From contig DATHHW010000137.1 of assembly GCA_035317005.1 (NCBI GenBank), positions 384 through 64,383 on the forward strand: a DNA stretch of 64,000 nt. The letters run 5' to 3'. Made by a program: the position numbers and the translations under genes. This document shows positions 19,401 through 28,465 of this stretch, in pieces; positions within the stretch are counted from its first letter, which is position 1; every line of letters begins with the position of its first letter. The DNA is from Pyrinomonadaceae bacterium. GTDB taxonomy: Bacteria; Acidobacteriota; Blastocatellia; Pyrinomonadales; Pyrinomonadaceae. Below the pieces are notes generated by a model. That model ran no database searches. It was not told the origin of the DNA and worked only from the letters and a program-made list of their open reading frames with translations.

Positions 19401-19917
19401 TGCCGTATGAAACACTGCGTTGGCTGTTGTTCTCTCCCGTGCCCACCCAAACCGTCAGCGGATTTTTCGGATCCAGCGCGATGCAACCGATTGAATACGA
19501 TCCTTCCCGGTCGAACACCGGCGTCCACGTCGTGCCGTTATTAATCGTCTTCCACACCCCACCCGAAGCCGAGGCGACAAAGTAGCGCGCCGAGTTAGTC
19601 GGGTCCACCGCGAATCCAATCACCCGACCAGAGGTGAATGCCGGTCCGATAGAGCGAAATCTCAAGCCGTTGAAAGTCGGCGTCGACATCGGATCGCGCG
19701 GCCGGCTCTCATCTTCAGCGCCCGGCTGCTCGGGCCGTCTGGTGGCGTCCGGCCTGGCGGGCTCAGGAGAAGGCTGCTGTTTGATCGCCGCTTCCGGCGT
19801 TGGTTTCTGAACTGTCGCGTCGGTCTGGGCCAGAACCGAGAGCGGCAGCACAAGGATCATTAAGGCAAGCAGGATTAAGCGGGTTGAAGTCGTGATCGAA
19901 CGGATACAGGGGAACAT
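16498..19917 (-). CDS. Secreted sortilin/VPS10-type BNR (Asp-box) repeat beta-propeller protein
   Basis: 1139 aa with a signal peptide. Many S-x-D-x-G-x-T-W Asp-boxes (SDDGGKTW, TDNGKTWK, STDAGATW, SNDRGGSW). Confidence 0.8.
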   Translation of the reverse strand: MFPCIRSITTSTRLILLALMILVLPLSVLAQTDATVQKPTPEAAIKQQPSPEPARPDATRRPEQPGAEDESRPRDPMSTPTFNGLRFRSIGPAFTSGRVIGFAVDPTNSARYFVASASGGVWKTINNGTTWTPVFDREGSYSIGCIALDPKNPLTVWVGTGENNSQRSVSYGNGLYRSDDGGKTWRNVGLKTSEHIGRIAIDPKDSNIVYVAAQGPLWGPGGDRGLFKTTDNGKTWKNILNISENTGVTDVVIDPQNPETVYAASYQRRRHMFTLIDGGPESAIYKSTDAGATWNKVRAGLPTTEMGRIGLAVSPVDSNVVYATIEAGDRKGGIFRSNDRGGSWERRNEFDAGAMYYARIVADPKDVDRIYVMNVFLMVSDDGGRTLRRLGERSKHVDNHDIWIQPSNTDHYLVGCDGGVYESHDRGLNWEFKRNLPVTQFYDITTDNAKPFYNVYGGAQDNFSFGGPSRTRNVSGILNSDWFVTNGGDGFRSQVDPEDPNTIYAELQGGSLARFDKVTGERMGIQPEVGRSEDPLRWNWDSPFIISPHSHTRLYFAADKLFRSDDRGDSWKVISGQLSRALDRDKLPVMGKIWSMDAVAKNQSTAFFGNASALAESPKKEGLIYIGTDDGLLQITEDGGKNWRKVEKLPDVPELAYVSRIVASNHDVNTVYVAIENHQNADFKPYLFKSTDAGRTWTSIKSNLPPNGPVWAIAEDHVNPNLLFVGNEFGLYFSIDGGQKWIQLRGGLPTIQVRDLTIQKRENDLVLGTFGRGIYILDSYTPLRLLKPEMLKQDGLLFPVKDALMYIQAQPLGGRGKSFQGESFYTADNPPFGATFTYYLKEELKTKKSKRQETERDAQRKNTAVALPSSADLRAEEEEEAPAVILTISDSSGRVVRRLTGPVTAGMQRVSWDLRSPAPSLPPPPNPEAENPFDEGPSGPLVMPGTYKVSLAKRVDGVITSLGQAQEFQVIVEGQERMSPADRANLVEFQQKVARLQRAVQGAVATANALKPRLVAIRRALLETPSAPEKLMSDAAALDKRTNEILRALTGDQALRQRNMNLPPSIAERVGSVAGSQRTSTSRPTQTQIDQYAAAAQEFETTLNQLRQLIEGDLAKLEKQMEAAGAPWTPGRIPEWKDQ

Positions 19918-20063
19918 CAGCAGAGTCTCCTTGAAGTGACCAAATTATGTGCCGGCATCGTCTCTGGTGACCTTAAGGAAATACCTCGGCCACAGCCGCA
20001 GCACTAAGAGCAACGATTAACTGTTGGGATCGCCACGTCTCGCCATCGACATTGATCGCCGGG

Positions 20064-20450
20064 CTAGGCAGCAGCGCACTCTCGCTTTGAAAGCAGTTTG
20101 TGAACGGTCTCGATGAGGGCTTCCACGTCGGGCTTGGGCACGTAAGCCTGGGCCCCGGCCGCCATTGCTTCCAGCCGGTGAACCTCGTAGGCATCGCCCG
20201 TGTAGAAGATGCACGGCACCCCGGGTGTTAGCTGATTCAACTGTGCGCATAGGTCCAGGCCGGTGCCGTCCGGCAGACGTTTGTCCAGCACGTAAAGATC
20301 GAATTCGTGCACTCTGGCGAGTTCCATCGCCTCTGCCATGCTGTGCGCGGGGTGAACCTCATAGTCCGACTGTGAGAGCAGGAGCTTAAGCATCTCAGGC
20401 GTGTCTTCATGATCGTCCACACACAGGATTCGACATTTGACTTCTGACAT
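20064..20450 (-). CDS. Stand-alone response regulator receiver domain
   Basis: 128 aa. ILCVDDHEDT acidic pocket, DLYVLDKRLPDGTG phospho-acceptor region, conserved T/K region. No output domain. Confidence 0.85.
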   Translation of the reverse strand: MSEVKCRILCVDDHEDTPEMLKLLLSQSDYEVHPAHSMAEAMELARVHEFDLYVLDKRLPDGTGLDLCAQLNQLTPGVPCIFYTGDAYEVHRLEAMAAGAQAYVPKPDVEALIETVHKLLSKRECAAA

Positions 20451-20679
20451 ACCAACCTCCGGATGGGACAGTTTTCCTACTAAAATTGTGCGAATGAAAC
20501 CGAATGATTAATTCAAGGAGAGCGGATTATAGTCCACGCCGCGCCCGTCGCGCTACTATTGATCAATGGCAATTCGCCAATCGCGAATAGATTGTTCTGC
20601 TTCGGAGTGATTTAAGTGTTTGAGCGTGCTTCGCACGCGGGCGAAGGCGCGGGCGCCCGCGCTCCCAGTAGCTGATTGT

Positions 20680-20853
20680 CTACCGTCTGAGCAGGATCAA
20701 TATACCCGCGACGATGCCAAGCACCGCTAGGCCAGTCGTGACCGTTGCAGAAAGTCTCATGTTGAGCAACGGCAAGAGTCCGGTGAGAATCAACCAGAGC
20801 CCAAGTAAAAGCATTCCCAGATTTCTGCCTGCCAAATCATTTGTTAGTCCCAT
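20680..20853 (-). CDS. Small two-TM membrane protein (57 aa), below the ORF-track length cutoff
   Basis: The reverse complement reads aaaaggagaaggaATGGGA..., encoding MGLTNDLAGRNLGMLLLGLWLILTGLLPLLNMRLSATVTTGLAVLGIVAGILILLRR*. GGAGAAGG RBS. Co-directional with the response regulator. Confidence 0.4.
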   Translation of the reverse strand: MGLTNDLAGRNLGMLLLGLWLILTGLLPLLNMRLSATVTTGLAVLGIVAGILILLRR

Positions 20854-21068
20854 TCCTTCTCCTTTTGAAATGCGAGTGACAAAAGCGAACCCATGGCTCG
20901 CTTATCTGATTCGGAATCACCCGCTTGATTCTAGCCGAGTTCGCAAACGCCAAGCTAGTTTTTGCCCGACGTTGATGCCGCAGCCCTTGTGCATTAACTG
21001 CCCGCTATGTTAACAACCGCATGCAATCCGCTTTCTACTCGCTTGCTTTTTCTGACGGAGGACGACAG

Positions 21069-24000
21069 ATGTTTCGACAGACGGTGCTTTCGTTCATCGC
21101 CTTTTCATTCCTACTGCTGGCTGTTCCGCAGGTTCATGCGCAAGTAACCAGCCAGACAATGATCCCCAGCGTCGATCCCGCGCTCTTCAAGGGACTTCGC
21201 TATCGCCTGGTTGGACCATCGCGCGGCGGACGAGTCACGACCGTGACCGGAGTTCCGTCTCAGCCGAAAACATTTTATATGGGCGTCGCAAGTGGCGGCT
21301 TGTTCCGCACGACGGATGGCGGGACCACCTGGATCGCCATTACGGATGGAAAGGTTCCGTTGGGTTCAACTGGATGCGTCGCGGTGGCCGACTCTGATCC
21401 AAATGTCATCTATCTCGGCACCGGTTCTGATGACGTGCGGAGCAACGTCTCGACGGGGCGTGGCATGTACAAGACAAGCGACGGCGGCCAGACGTGGAAA
21501 TTCATCGGTCTCTACAACGCCGGCCAGATCGGATCGGTACGCATCCATCCGACAAATCCGGACATCGTCTGGGTGGCGGCGCAGGGCGATGCTTTCAAGT
21601 CGAACTCCGAACGCGGTGTTTTCAAGACTACCGACGGAGGGCAGACGTGGCACAAGGTTTTGTTCTTATCCGACCAGGTGGGCGCGATGGATCTGGAGAT
21701 TCAGCCGGGCAATCCGAATGTCGTCTATGCCTGGATGGCCCGGCTCGAGCGCAAGCCCTGGACGATCATTAGCGGGGCGCGCGAGGGCGGCTTCTACAAG
21801 AGCACCGACGGTGGTGAACACTTCACCAAAGCTGCAAACGGTTTGCCGGCTGAATTGATCGGCAAAGCCAACCTCGCGGTAACAGCAGCGAAACCGGACC
21901 GCATCTATGCGCTGGTCGAGGCGAAGCCGGGTGGCGGACTCTATCGTTCAGACGACGCCGGCCAAACCTGGATGGCGATGAATCCGCAGCCGGCATTGAT
22001 CGCAAACGCGATGATCCAGCGTCCTTTTTATTACGTGGCGCTCGGCGCCGACCCGACGAACGCCGACGTGGTCTACGCGGGCGCGGAAAGTTTCTTCAAA
22101 TCAGCGGACGGAGGCAAGACGTTTACGATCCTCCGCACACCGCATGGCGACAATCACGACATCTGGATCAATCCGAAGGACGGCCAGATCATGATCCAGT
22201 CAAACGACGGCGGCGCCAACATCTCAACCGACGGCGGCCGCACCTGGTCAACCCAGATGAATCAGCCGACGGCCGAGATCTATGGCGTATGGTTAGACAA
22301 TCAGTTCCCTTACAAACTTTACGGCGCGCAGCAGGACAACACGACGATTATCATGTCTAGCCAGCCCGACGCCGCCGGACGCGAAGACTGGCGCCCCGGC
22401 CCCGGTTGTGAAACCGGGCCCATCATGCCGCATCCGAAAAATCCGGAAATCGTTTACGGCTCGTGCAAAGGTCAGTACGGCGTGATGAACCTGCGGAACG
22501 GTCAGGAGAAAAACTACTGGGTCGGCGCACAGTCTTTGTATGGTAATCCCGCCGGCGATCTGATTTACCGCATGCAGCGCGTGTCGCCGATGGCGACGTC
22601 GCCGCACGATCCTGACGTGCTCTATTACGGGTCGCAGTATCTGCACCGGACTCGCGACAAAGGCATCACGTGGGAAAGGATCTCACCGGACTTAACGGCT
22701 AAGCCTGCGTGTTGCCAGGGCGCGAGTGGCGAACCGATTACTCGCGACGTTACCGGTGAAGAGTTTTACAGCACCCTCTATGCGATTGCGGAATCGCCGC
22801 TCGAAAAGGGAGTGATCTGGACTGGCGCGAACGACGGACCCTTCTATGTGACGCGCGACAATGGCAAGACGTGGACCAACGTCACGCCAAAAGATCTTCC
22901 GTCAGGAGGCCGCGTCCAATACATCGATCCATCGCCTCATAGAAAGGGATCGGCTTACTACGCCGTGTACCGTTGGCTTTTGGGGGACTATCAACCATAC
23001 ATCTATCGCACCGATGATTATGGAAAGACCTGGACACGCCTGACTGATGGAAAGAACGGCGTCCCCGCGGATTGGCCCACACGCGTGGTGCGCGAAGATC
23101 CAAACCGCGCCGGATTGCTTTACGCGGGAACGGAATTCGGGATGTTCATTTCGTTCGACAACGGCGCGCACTGGCAATCATTCCAGTTGAATCTGCCGAA
23201 CGTGCCGGTCACGGACATTAAGGTGCATCGGAAGGATTTGGTGATCTCGACTCAGGGTCGCGCGTTTTGGATCCTGGATAACATCAGCTCGCTCCACCAA
23301 ATCACACCACAGATGACGGCCTCAGACGTGCACCTGTTTCATCCTCGCGACGGCTATCGCACCAGAATTAATCCCAGCGTCCTTGGGCCCACGATTGAAT
23401 ATTATCTTCCCGCCCCGTCGACGGTTCCGGTGACGATCGAGATCCTTGATGCCAGGGGAACACTGATGAATTCCTACAACAGCGAGACCCCTTCGTCGAT
23501 AGGTCGCGGCGGCCGTGGCGGCGCGGGAGCGACCGGAACCGGCGCGCCCGAACCGGAAGATCCCGATGCGCCTGCCGGACGACGCCCAAATCCACCGCCA
23601 CGTCCAACAAAGGTCGCGGGCCTCAATCGCATGGTGTGGGACGTAAGAAATCAGGCCGGGGTGATTGTTACGCCCGGGCAATATCAAGCCCGTCTGAAGA
23701 TCGGTGCGGCGTCATTAACTGAAACCTTTAACGTCCTCATCGATCCGCGCGTCGCCGAGGATGGCGTCACCTCGGCCGACTTGCAGGAACAATTCGCACA
23801 CAACATGCGCATGCGCGAACTTGTGACCGGCGTTAACCAACTCGTTAGCCAGGTTCGCGAGGCGCAAACAAAATTGCGCGGCGCGAACGGCGGTGACGCC
23901 AACATGTCGGCTGCGGTAAACGCGCTAGCGGCGCAGCTCAACACCGAGCCGGTGCGATACGGCAAGCCAGGATTGCAGGCCCAGATAACCTATCTGGCGG

Positions 24001-24149
24001 GGATGACTGCCAACGTCGATCAAAAGATCGGCCGGGACGCGATCGAACGATATGAAGTGTTGAAGAAGGAACTTGACGCGATTCGCGCGGAGGTTGTTCG
24101 ATTGCTTGGGCCGCCGCCGTCCCCGCCATCGAATAGCAACTTGCCATAA
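21069..24149 (+). CDS. Secreted sortilin/VPS10-type BNR (Asp-box) repeat protein, paralogue of 16498..19917
   Basis: Start set at MFRQTVLSFIAFSFLLLAVPQVHAQ (GGAGGA upstream). Asp-boxes TTDGGTTW, TSDGGQTW, TTDGGQTW, STDGGRTW, TRDNGKTW. Confidence 0.8.
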   Translation: MFRQTVLSFIAFSFLLLAVPQVHAQVTSQTMIPSVDPALFKGLRYRLVGPSRGGRVTTVTGVPSQPKTFYMGVASGGLFRTTDGGTTWIAITDGKVPLGSTGCVAVADSDPNVIYLGTGSDDVRSNVSTGRGMYKTSDGGQTWKFIGLYNAGQIGSVRIHPTNPDIVWVAAQGDAFKSNSERGVFKTTDGGQTWHKVLFLSDQVGAMDLEIQPGNPNVVYAWMARLERKPWTIISGAREGGFYKSTDGGEHFTKAANGLPAELIGKANLAVTAAKPDRIYALVEAKPGGGLYRSDDAGQTWMAMNPQPALIANAMIQRPFYYVALGADPTNADVVYAGAESFFKSADGGKTFTILRTPHGDNHDIWINPKDGQIMIQSNDGGANISTDGGRTWSTQMNQPTAEIYGVWLDNQFPYKLYGAQQDNTTIIMSSQPDAAGREDWRPGPGCETGPIMPHPKNPEIVYGSCKGQYGVMNLRNGQEKNYWVGAQSLYGNPAGDLIYRMQRVSPMATSPHDPDVLYYGSQYLHRTRDKGITWERISPDLTAKPACCQGASGEPITRDVTGEEFYSTLYAIAESPLEKGVIWTGANDGPFYVTRDNGKTWTNVTPKDLPSGGRVQYIDPSPHRKGSAYYAVYRWLLGDYQPYIYRTDDYGKTWTRLTDGKNGVPADWPTRVVREDPNRAGLLYAGTEFGMFISFDNGAHWQSFQLNLPNVPVTDIKVHRKDLVISTQGRAFWILDNISSLHQITPQMTASDVHLFHPRDGYRTRINPSVLGPTIEYYLPAPSTVPVTIEILDARGTLMNSYNSETPSSIGRGGRGGAGATGTGAPEPEDPDAPAGRRPNPPPRPTKVAGLNRMVWDVRNQAGVIVTPGQYQARLKIGAASLTETFNVLIDPRVAEDGVTSADLQEQFAHNMRMRELVTGVNQLVSQVREAQTKLRGANGGDANMSAAVNALAAQLNTEPVRYGKPGLQAQITYLAGMTANVDQKIGRDAIERYEVLKKELDAIRAEVVRLLGPPPSPPSNSNLP

Positions 24150-24199
24150 CGCCGCGCCCGCGCAACGAATAATCAAAATCGGAGGTGGTGTCTTAGTTT

Positions 24200-24280
24200 A
24201 CAGGCGTTCAGAGTACCGACTTTAGTCGGGTCTTTCCCCGTCTTAAAAGCCCGACTGAAGTCGGTACTCTGAACGCCTGT
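24200..24280. repeat. Nested palindrome (gtaccgacttNagtcggg units)
   Basis: acaggcgttcagagtaccgactttagtcggg ... cccgactgaagtcggtactctgaacgcctgt. Each arm contains its own small hairpin. Confidence 0.85.
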
Positions 24281-24314
24281 TTCCAACTCATAACACACCA
24301 AATCGGAGCCACTT

Positions 24315-26675
24315 ATGAACAAACTCAAACTACCAAAAATTGCGATTCTCGCGGCTAGCCTGCTCTTCACGATTTCGGTTGTCGCGCAGGAGCGCGCCGC
24401 GCTCACCTCAGCCGACTACGCGCGCGCCGAAAAGTTGATGGGCTATAACACATCACCGCTCGTGTTCCGCTCCGGCGTGCGTCCGACCTGGACCCCGGAT
24501 GATCGCTTTTGGTATCGGATCACCACAGCGGAGGGCAGTGAATTTTTGCGGGTCGATCCTGCAAAAGGAACTCGCGAGCCGGCTTTCGATCATGCGAAGG
24601 TCGCGGCGGCCCTCTCAGAGGCTGCCGGCGCTACTTACGACGCGCGTCATCTGCCCTTCACTCAATTCGATTTCTCGTCCGACGGTCAAACAATCTCATT
24701 CACCGTGCGGCAACGTCGATGGAAGTGTGATCTGCAAACCAACAAGTGCGTGGCTGAAGCCGGCGCCGACCCGGGAGCCGCCGCGCCCGGCGCTGCCAGG
24801 GCCAGAGCCCTTGAAGTAATGTCGCCCGATAGGAAACGCGCCGCCTTCATCCGCGATTTCAATCTCTGGGTTCGCGACGTGGCCAGCGGCAAGGAAACTC
24901 AACTGACCACCGACGGCGTGAAGGACTTTGGTTACGCGACCGATAACGCCGGCTGGGTGCACAGCGATCGCGCGATTCTGCTCTGGTCTCCTGACTCGAA
25001 GAAGATCGCCACCTTTCAACAGGACCAGCGGAAGGTGGGCGAGATGTACCTGGTCGAAACCAAAGTTGGACATCCGACGCTGCAAGCCTGGAAATATCCT
25101 TTACCAGGCGACGCGGTCGTGGCAATGATTCAGCGGGTCATCATCGACGTGGACCAGCCAAGCGTCGTCCGTTTGAAACTCCCTCCTGATCAGCATCGCT
25201 CGACGGTCTGTGACAACATCGCCTGCCGCGGCACTGAATTGGCCGATGCGGAGTGGAGTCCCGATTCTTCCGAACTCGCGTTCGTTTCAGTCTCACGCGA
25301 TCACAAAGAAGCGAACCTGCGCATCGCCGACTTGACCGGCGCCGTGCGTGATGTCGTCGAAGAAAAAGTGAAGACCCACTTTGAGTCAGGCCAGAACCAG
25401 TGGAATTGGCGCTACCTGCCGTCGTCGCATGAAGTGATTTGGTTTTCCGAGCGGGACAACTGGGGTCATCTCTATCTCTACGATTCAGCAACCGGGCGGC
25501 TGAAGAACCAGATTACCAGGGGCGATTGGGCGGTGACCGACGTGCTGCGCGTCGATCAGAAAAATCGCTTGCTTTATTTTCTCGCCGTGGGTCGTGAACC
25601 GGGTCGTAATCCTTACTTCAAGCAGCTATACCGTATCGGATTCGACGGCACGAAGCTGGCGCTGCTGACGCCGGATGACGGTAATCATGACATTGCACTC
25701 TCGCCTTCGGGCCGCTTCTTTGTTGATAACTATTCACAGCCAGACGTCGCGCCCGTCGCCGTTTTGCGCGACGTAAGCGGAAAGCTAATTACCACTCTCG
25801 AGAAGACCGACACTTCAAAATTGCTGGCCGCCGGATGGAAACCGCCCGTCCCGATTACCGTGAAGGCGCGCGACGGCGTAACCAATCTTTATGGGTTGAT
25901 GTTCAAGCCGACGAATCTCGACCCAAATAAGAAGTATCCGATCGTCAATCACATCTATCCCGGTCCGCAGGGAGGAAGCGTAGGCAGTTGGTCCTTCGCG
26001 GCTGCTCGCGGCGACTGTCAGGCGCTGGCGGAACTCGGCTTCATCGTAGTCGAGATCGAAGGCATGGGAAATCCTCTTCGATCAAAAAGTTTTCATGATT
26101 TCTACTATGCCAACATGGGTGATAACACGCTGCCGGACCAAATCAGTGGCATGAAGCAACTGGCCGCAACGTATCCGTGGATCGACATTGATCGCGTGGG
26201 CATCTACGGCCATTCGGGTGGGGGCTATGCGACCGCCGACGCGATGTTTCGTTATCCCGACTTTTTCAAGGTCGGAATTTCTGAATCAGGAAACCACGAC
26301 AATCGCGAATACGAAGATGATTGGGGCGAGATGTATCAGGGTCTGGAAACTAAATCCAACAACACGTCTAACTATGATGACCAGGCAAATCAGAACCTGG
26401 CGAAGAATCTGAAGGGACACTTACTGCTGGCGCACGGCACGATCGACGACAATGTGCCGCCGTACAACACACTGCTGGTCGTCGACGCGCTCATCAAGGC
26501 GAACAAAGACTTCGACCTGTTAATGCTCCCTAATCAGCGGCATGGATACGGTGCAGCCGGCAACTACATGACACGCCGGCGGTGGGACTATTTCGTCCGC
26601 TACCTCCTGGGCGCCGAGCCACCTCTGAATTATCAATTGCATCCGCCTGATGCGCGCCCGACTGCCGGGCCATGA
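24315..26675 (+). CDS. S9 family peptidase, dipeptidyl-peptidase IV-like
   Basis: Signal peptide. DPP-IV N-terminal propeller-like region (WSPDSKKIATFQQDQRKV). Catalytic GHSGGGYAT nucleophile elbow. Confidence 0.85.
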   Translation: MNKLKLPKIAILAASLLFTISVVAQERAALTSADYARAEKLMGYNTSPLVFRSGVRPTWTPDDRFWYRITTAEGSEFLRVDPAKGTREPAFDHAKVAAALSEAAGATYDARHLPFTQFDFSSDGQTISFTVRQRRWKCDLQTNKCVAEAGADPGAAAPGAARARALEVMSPDRKRAAFIRDFNLWVRDVASGKETQLTTDGVKDFGYATDNAGWVHSDRAILLWSPDSKKIATFQQDQRKVGEMYLVETKVGHPTLQAWKYPLPGDAVVAMIQRVIIDVDQPSVVRLKLPPDQHRSTVCDNIACRGTELADAEWSPDSSELAFVSVSRDHKEANLRIADLTGAVRDVVEEKVKTHFESGQNQWNWRYLPSSHEVIWFSERDNWGHLYLYDSATGRLKNQITRGDWAVTDVLRVDQKNRLLYFLAVGREPGRNPYFKQLYRIGFDGTKLALLTPDDGNHDIALSPSGRFFVDNYSQPDVAPVAVLRDVSGKLITTLEKTDTSKLLAAGWKPPVPITVKARDGVTNLYGLMFKPTNLDPNKKYPIVNHIYPGPQGGSVGSWSFAAARGDCQALAELGFIVVEIEGMGNPLRSKSFHDFYYANMGDNTLPDQISGMKQLAATYPWIDIDRVGIYGHSGGGYATADAMFRYPDFFKVGISESGNHDNREYEDDWGEMYQGLETKSNNTSNYDDQANQNLAKNLKGHLLLAHGTIDDNVPPYNTLLVVDALIKANKDFDLLMLPNQRHGYGAAGNYMTRRRWDYFVRYLLGAEPPLNYQLHPPDARPTAGP

Positions 26676-26685
26676 GACCGACTTT

Positions 26686-26772
26686 TGTGTTTCGTGACTT
26701 TTCGTGTGAATTCGTGGATCGTCCTTCGCGGCGAAAACTCGATCCACGAAATCACCCGAAGCCACACGAAAC
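26686..26772. repeat. Family D palindromic element (cgtgtgatttcgtggatcg core)
   Basis: ttcgtgtgaattcgtggatcg ... cgatccacgaaatcacccgaagccacacgaa. Other copies lie at 37811..37888 and 43519..43596. Confidence 0.85.
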
Positions 26773-26777
26773 AACTG

Positions 26778-27401
26778 TTAATCGATCAAATGAAACGCGA
26801 CCTTCGCGTCCTCGGGCTCGAGGATCGGGTGATAGTCTTTGCCGTAGTTCGCGACAATCTTATTCACGTAGTTCTGCGTTTCGGGATAAGGCGGGACGCC
26901 CTGGTATTTGTCCACTGCTCCTTCACCGGCATTGTATCCGGCGAGAGCGAGCTTCACGTCGCCATTGAATCTCTTCAACAACCACGCTAAGTACTTCGTT
27001 CCGGCTTCGACGTTGCAAGCCTCGTCTTTGAGATCGGTGCAATCAAATCGTTTCGCAGTGGCCGGCATCAGTTGCATCAGGCCGCGCGCTCCCACGGGAG
27101 AGGTCGCGTCGGGATGATATTTCGATTCCTGTTGGATGACCGCGTGTATGAATCGCGGGTCAACGCCTTCGCGCTCTCCGGCGTGAAAGATGATCCAATC
27201 CAGATCACAATCGCCGGAAACGGGAATGTCGGCGGGTATTTTCTCGAACTCAACAGCAGCGTCGACAGAAGGCGCAAATACAGGACTGAAGAAGAGTCCC
27301 GTAAAGTTTGTTAGACAAAAAAGAGAAATGATGGCAAAGGGTGCGAACTTGGCAGAGCGCAAGTGGGGAAATCGAGGCAACTTCATTCGGTTTTTCTCCA
27401 T
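26778..27401 (-). CDS. Secreted SLT-domain lytic transglycosylase
   Basis: IQQESKYHPDA, GARGLMQLMPATA and AGYNAGEGAV are the canonical family-1 SLT motifs. N-terminal signal/anchor. Confidence 0.85.
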   Translation of the reverse strand: MEKNRMKLPRFPHLRSAKFAPFAIISLFCLTNFTGLFFSPVFAPSVDAAVEFEKIPADIPVSGDCDLDWIIFHAGEREGVDPRFIHAVIQQESKYHPDATSPVGARGLMQLMPATAKRFDCTDLKDEACNVEAGTKYLAWLLKRFNGDVKLALAGYNAGEGAVDKYQGVPPYPETQNYVNKIVANYGKDYHPILEPEDAKVAFHLID

Positions 27402-27639
27402 GTGAGCGATGACCCCAGGTCATCAAATTACGTAAAGCCTTTTAGCTACGCATGGCCGAACCGATTTACAAAGAACTTGAAAAAGTATTGCAATCAGGAG
27501 ACCGAGACTAAGATGGCTTTTTGATTGCGACAGTTGCTCTTTTTCGATTGCCGACACTGCTTCAATGTGACGTACCCAAACGAGTCAATAACGCGTCAGA
27601 GGCCCGTTTTCAAAGGCTGATAAGGAGTGAACCAAAAGT

Positions 27640-28318
27640 TTACATCCGACGACGGGCGGGGAGATAAACTCGGATGTCATCGTTTCGAGGATTCACGACA
27701 TAAACGGAAACGCGACCGTCGGGAAGCGTCTGAATTGTGGCCGGCGAGGCCAGCCCCGTGAGATACCAACCTGACGGCAGCACCACCGTGTTACGCAAAC
27801 GCCCAAAGGCCCGGTCCCACACCAACTCATCCGAGTCGACGTAATAACTTTTCGCGTCCGCGTAGGTTTCCATTAAACGGATCCTGTTGGTCGTGCTCGG
27901 GCTCAAGCGCCCGCGTGAGATGGGTGACGACGATCTCGCTGTCGTCCTTGATTGTATCTGTGATGGGCAGCTTTCGTTCGGTTGCTTGTTTGCCGGTGAT
28001 GATCTCGCACTTTAGTTTGGCGCCGGTATCCAGATCGATGCTTTCCGGATCGGACACATGACTGCCCGCGCGCACGACGTTGAAATAATACTTCTCGCCA
28101 ACCTTGCGAACTGTGTAGTCGTGAGTGATGCGAAAGGAATGCGACTCAGGCGACTGGAGCTCGTAGAGGATCTCGCGATCCTGATAGGCGCGTTCGGTGA
28201 GTGGATTCTGGTTTTGTGCGGCGGTGATTGTCAGTAACGCCTGCGGTCGCGGGAGGAGGCAGAAAATGCCGCTGAGTAGAGCGAAGAAAGCGATCACCAA
28301 TGGCCGGATTCTCATCAT
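27640..28318 (-). pseudogene. Frameshifted tandem paralogue of 28381..29118 (secreted hypothetical protein)
   Basis: ORFs 27827..28357 and 27640..27906 together align collinearly with the neighbouring 261-aa protein (YELQSPESHSFRITHDY versus YELLAPDTHQFKIYYEV; YADAKSYYVDSDELVW versus YKDDKSYYIEGDQIVF). The frames switch near 27905..27915. Confidence 0.7.
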
Positions 28319-28349
28319 GACAGTCGCGGTAAGGGATGCATCAAGTCTT

Positions 28350-28465
28350 ATTAGCACCTCGCTTCAGCGAGGTGATCTATTCAGTGCGATTGGACGCGAA
28401 AACCGTTGAAACGGTTATTCAGTTTTCCTCCCACCATGGTCACCTCGCTGAAGCGAGGCGCTAAT
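28350..28465. repeat. Family I palindromic element (cacctcgcttcagcgaggtg units)
   Basis: attagcacctcgcttcagcgaggtgatc ... gtcacctcgctgaagcgaggcgctaat, with an inner hairpin aaaccgttgaaacggtt. It overlaps the 3' end of 28381..29118. Confidence 0.8.

Noticed and set aside
20714-21013. 99-aa plus-strand ORF in the intergenic region before the second BNR gene
   Set aside because: It has no RBS or motif. It overlaps the better-supported minus-strand 57-aa membrane ORF.
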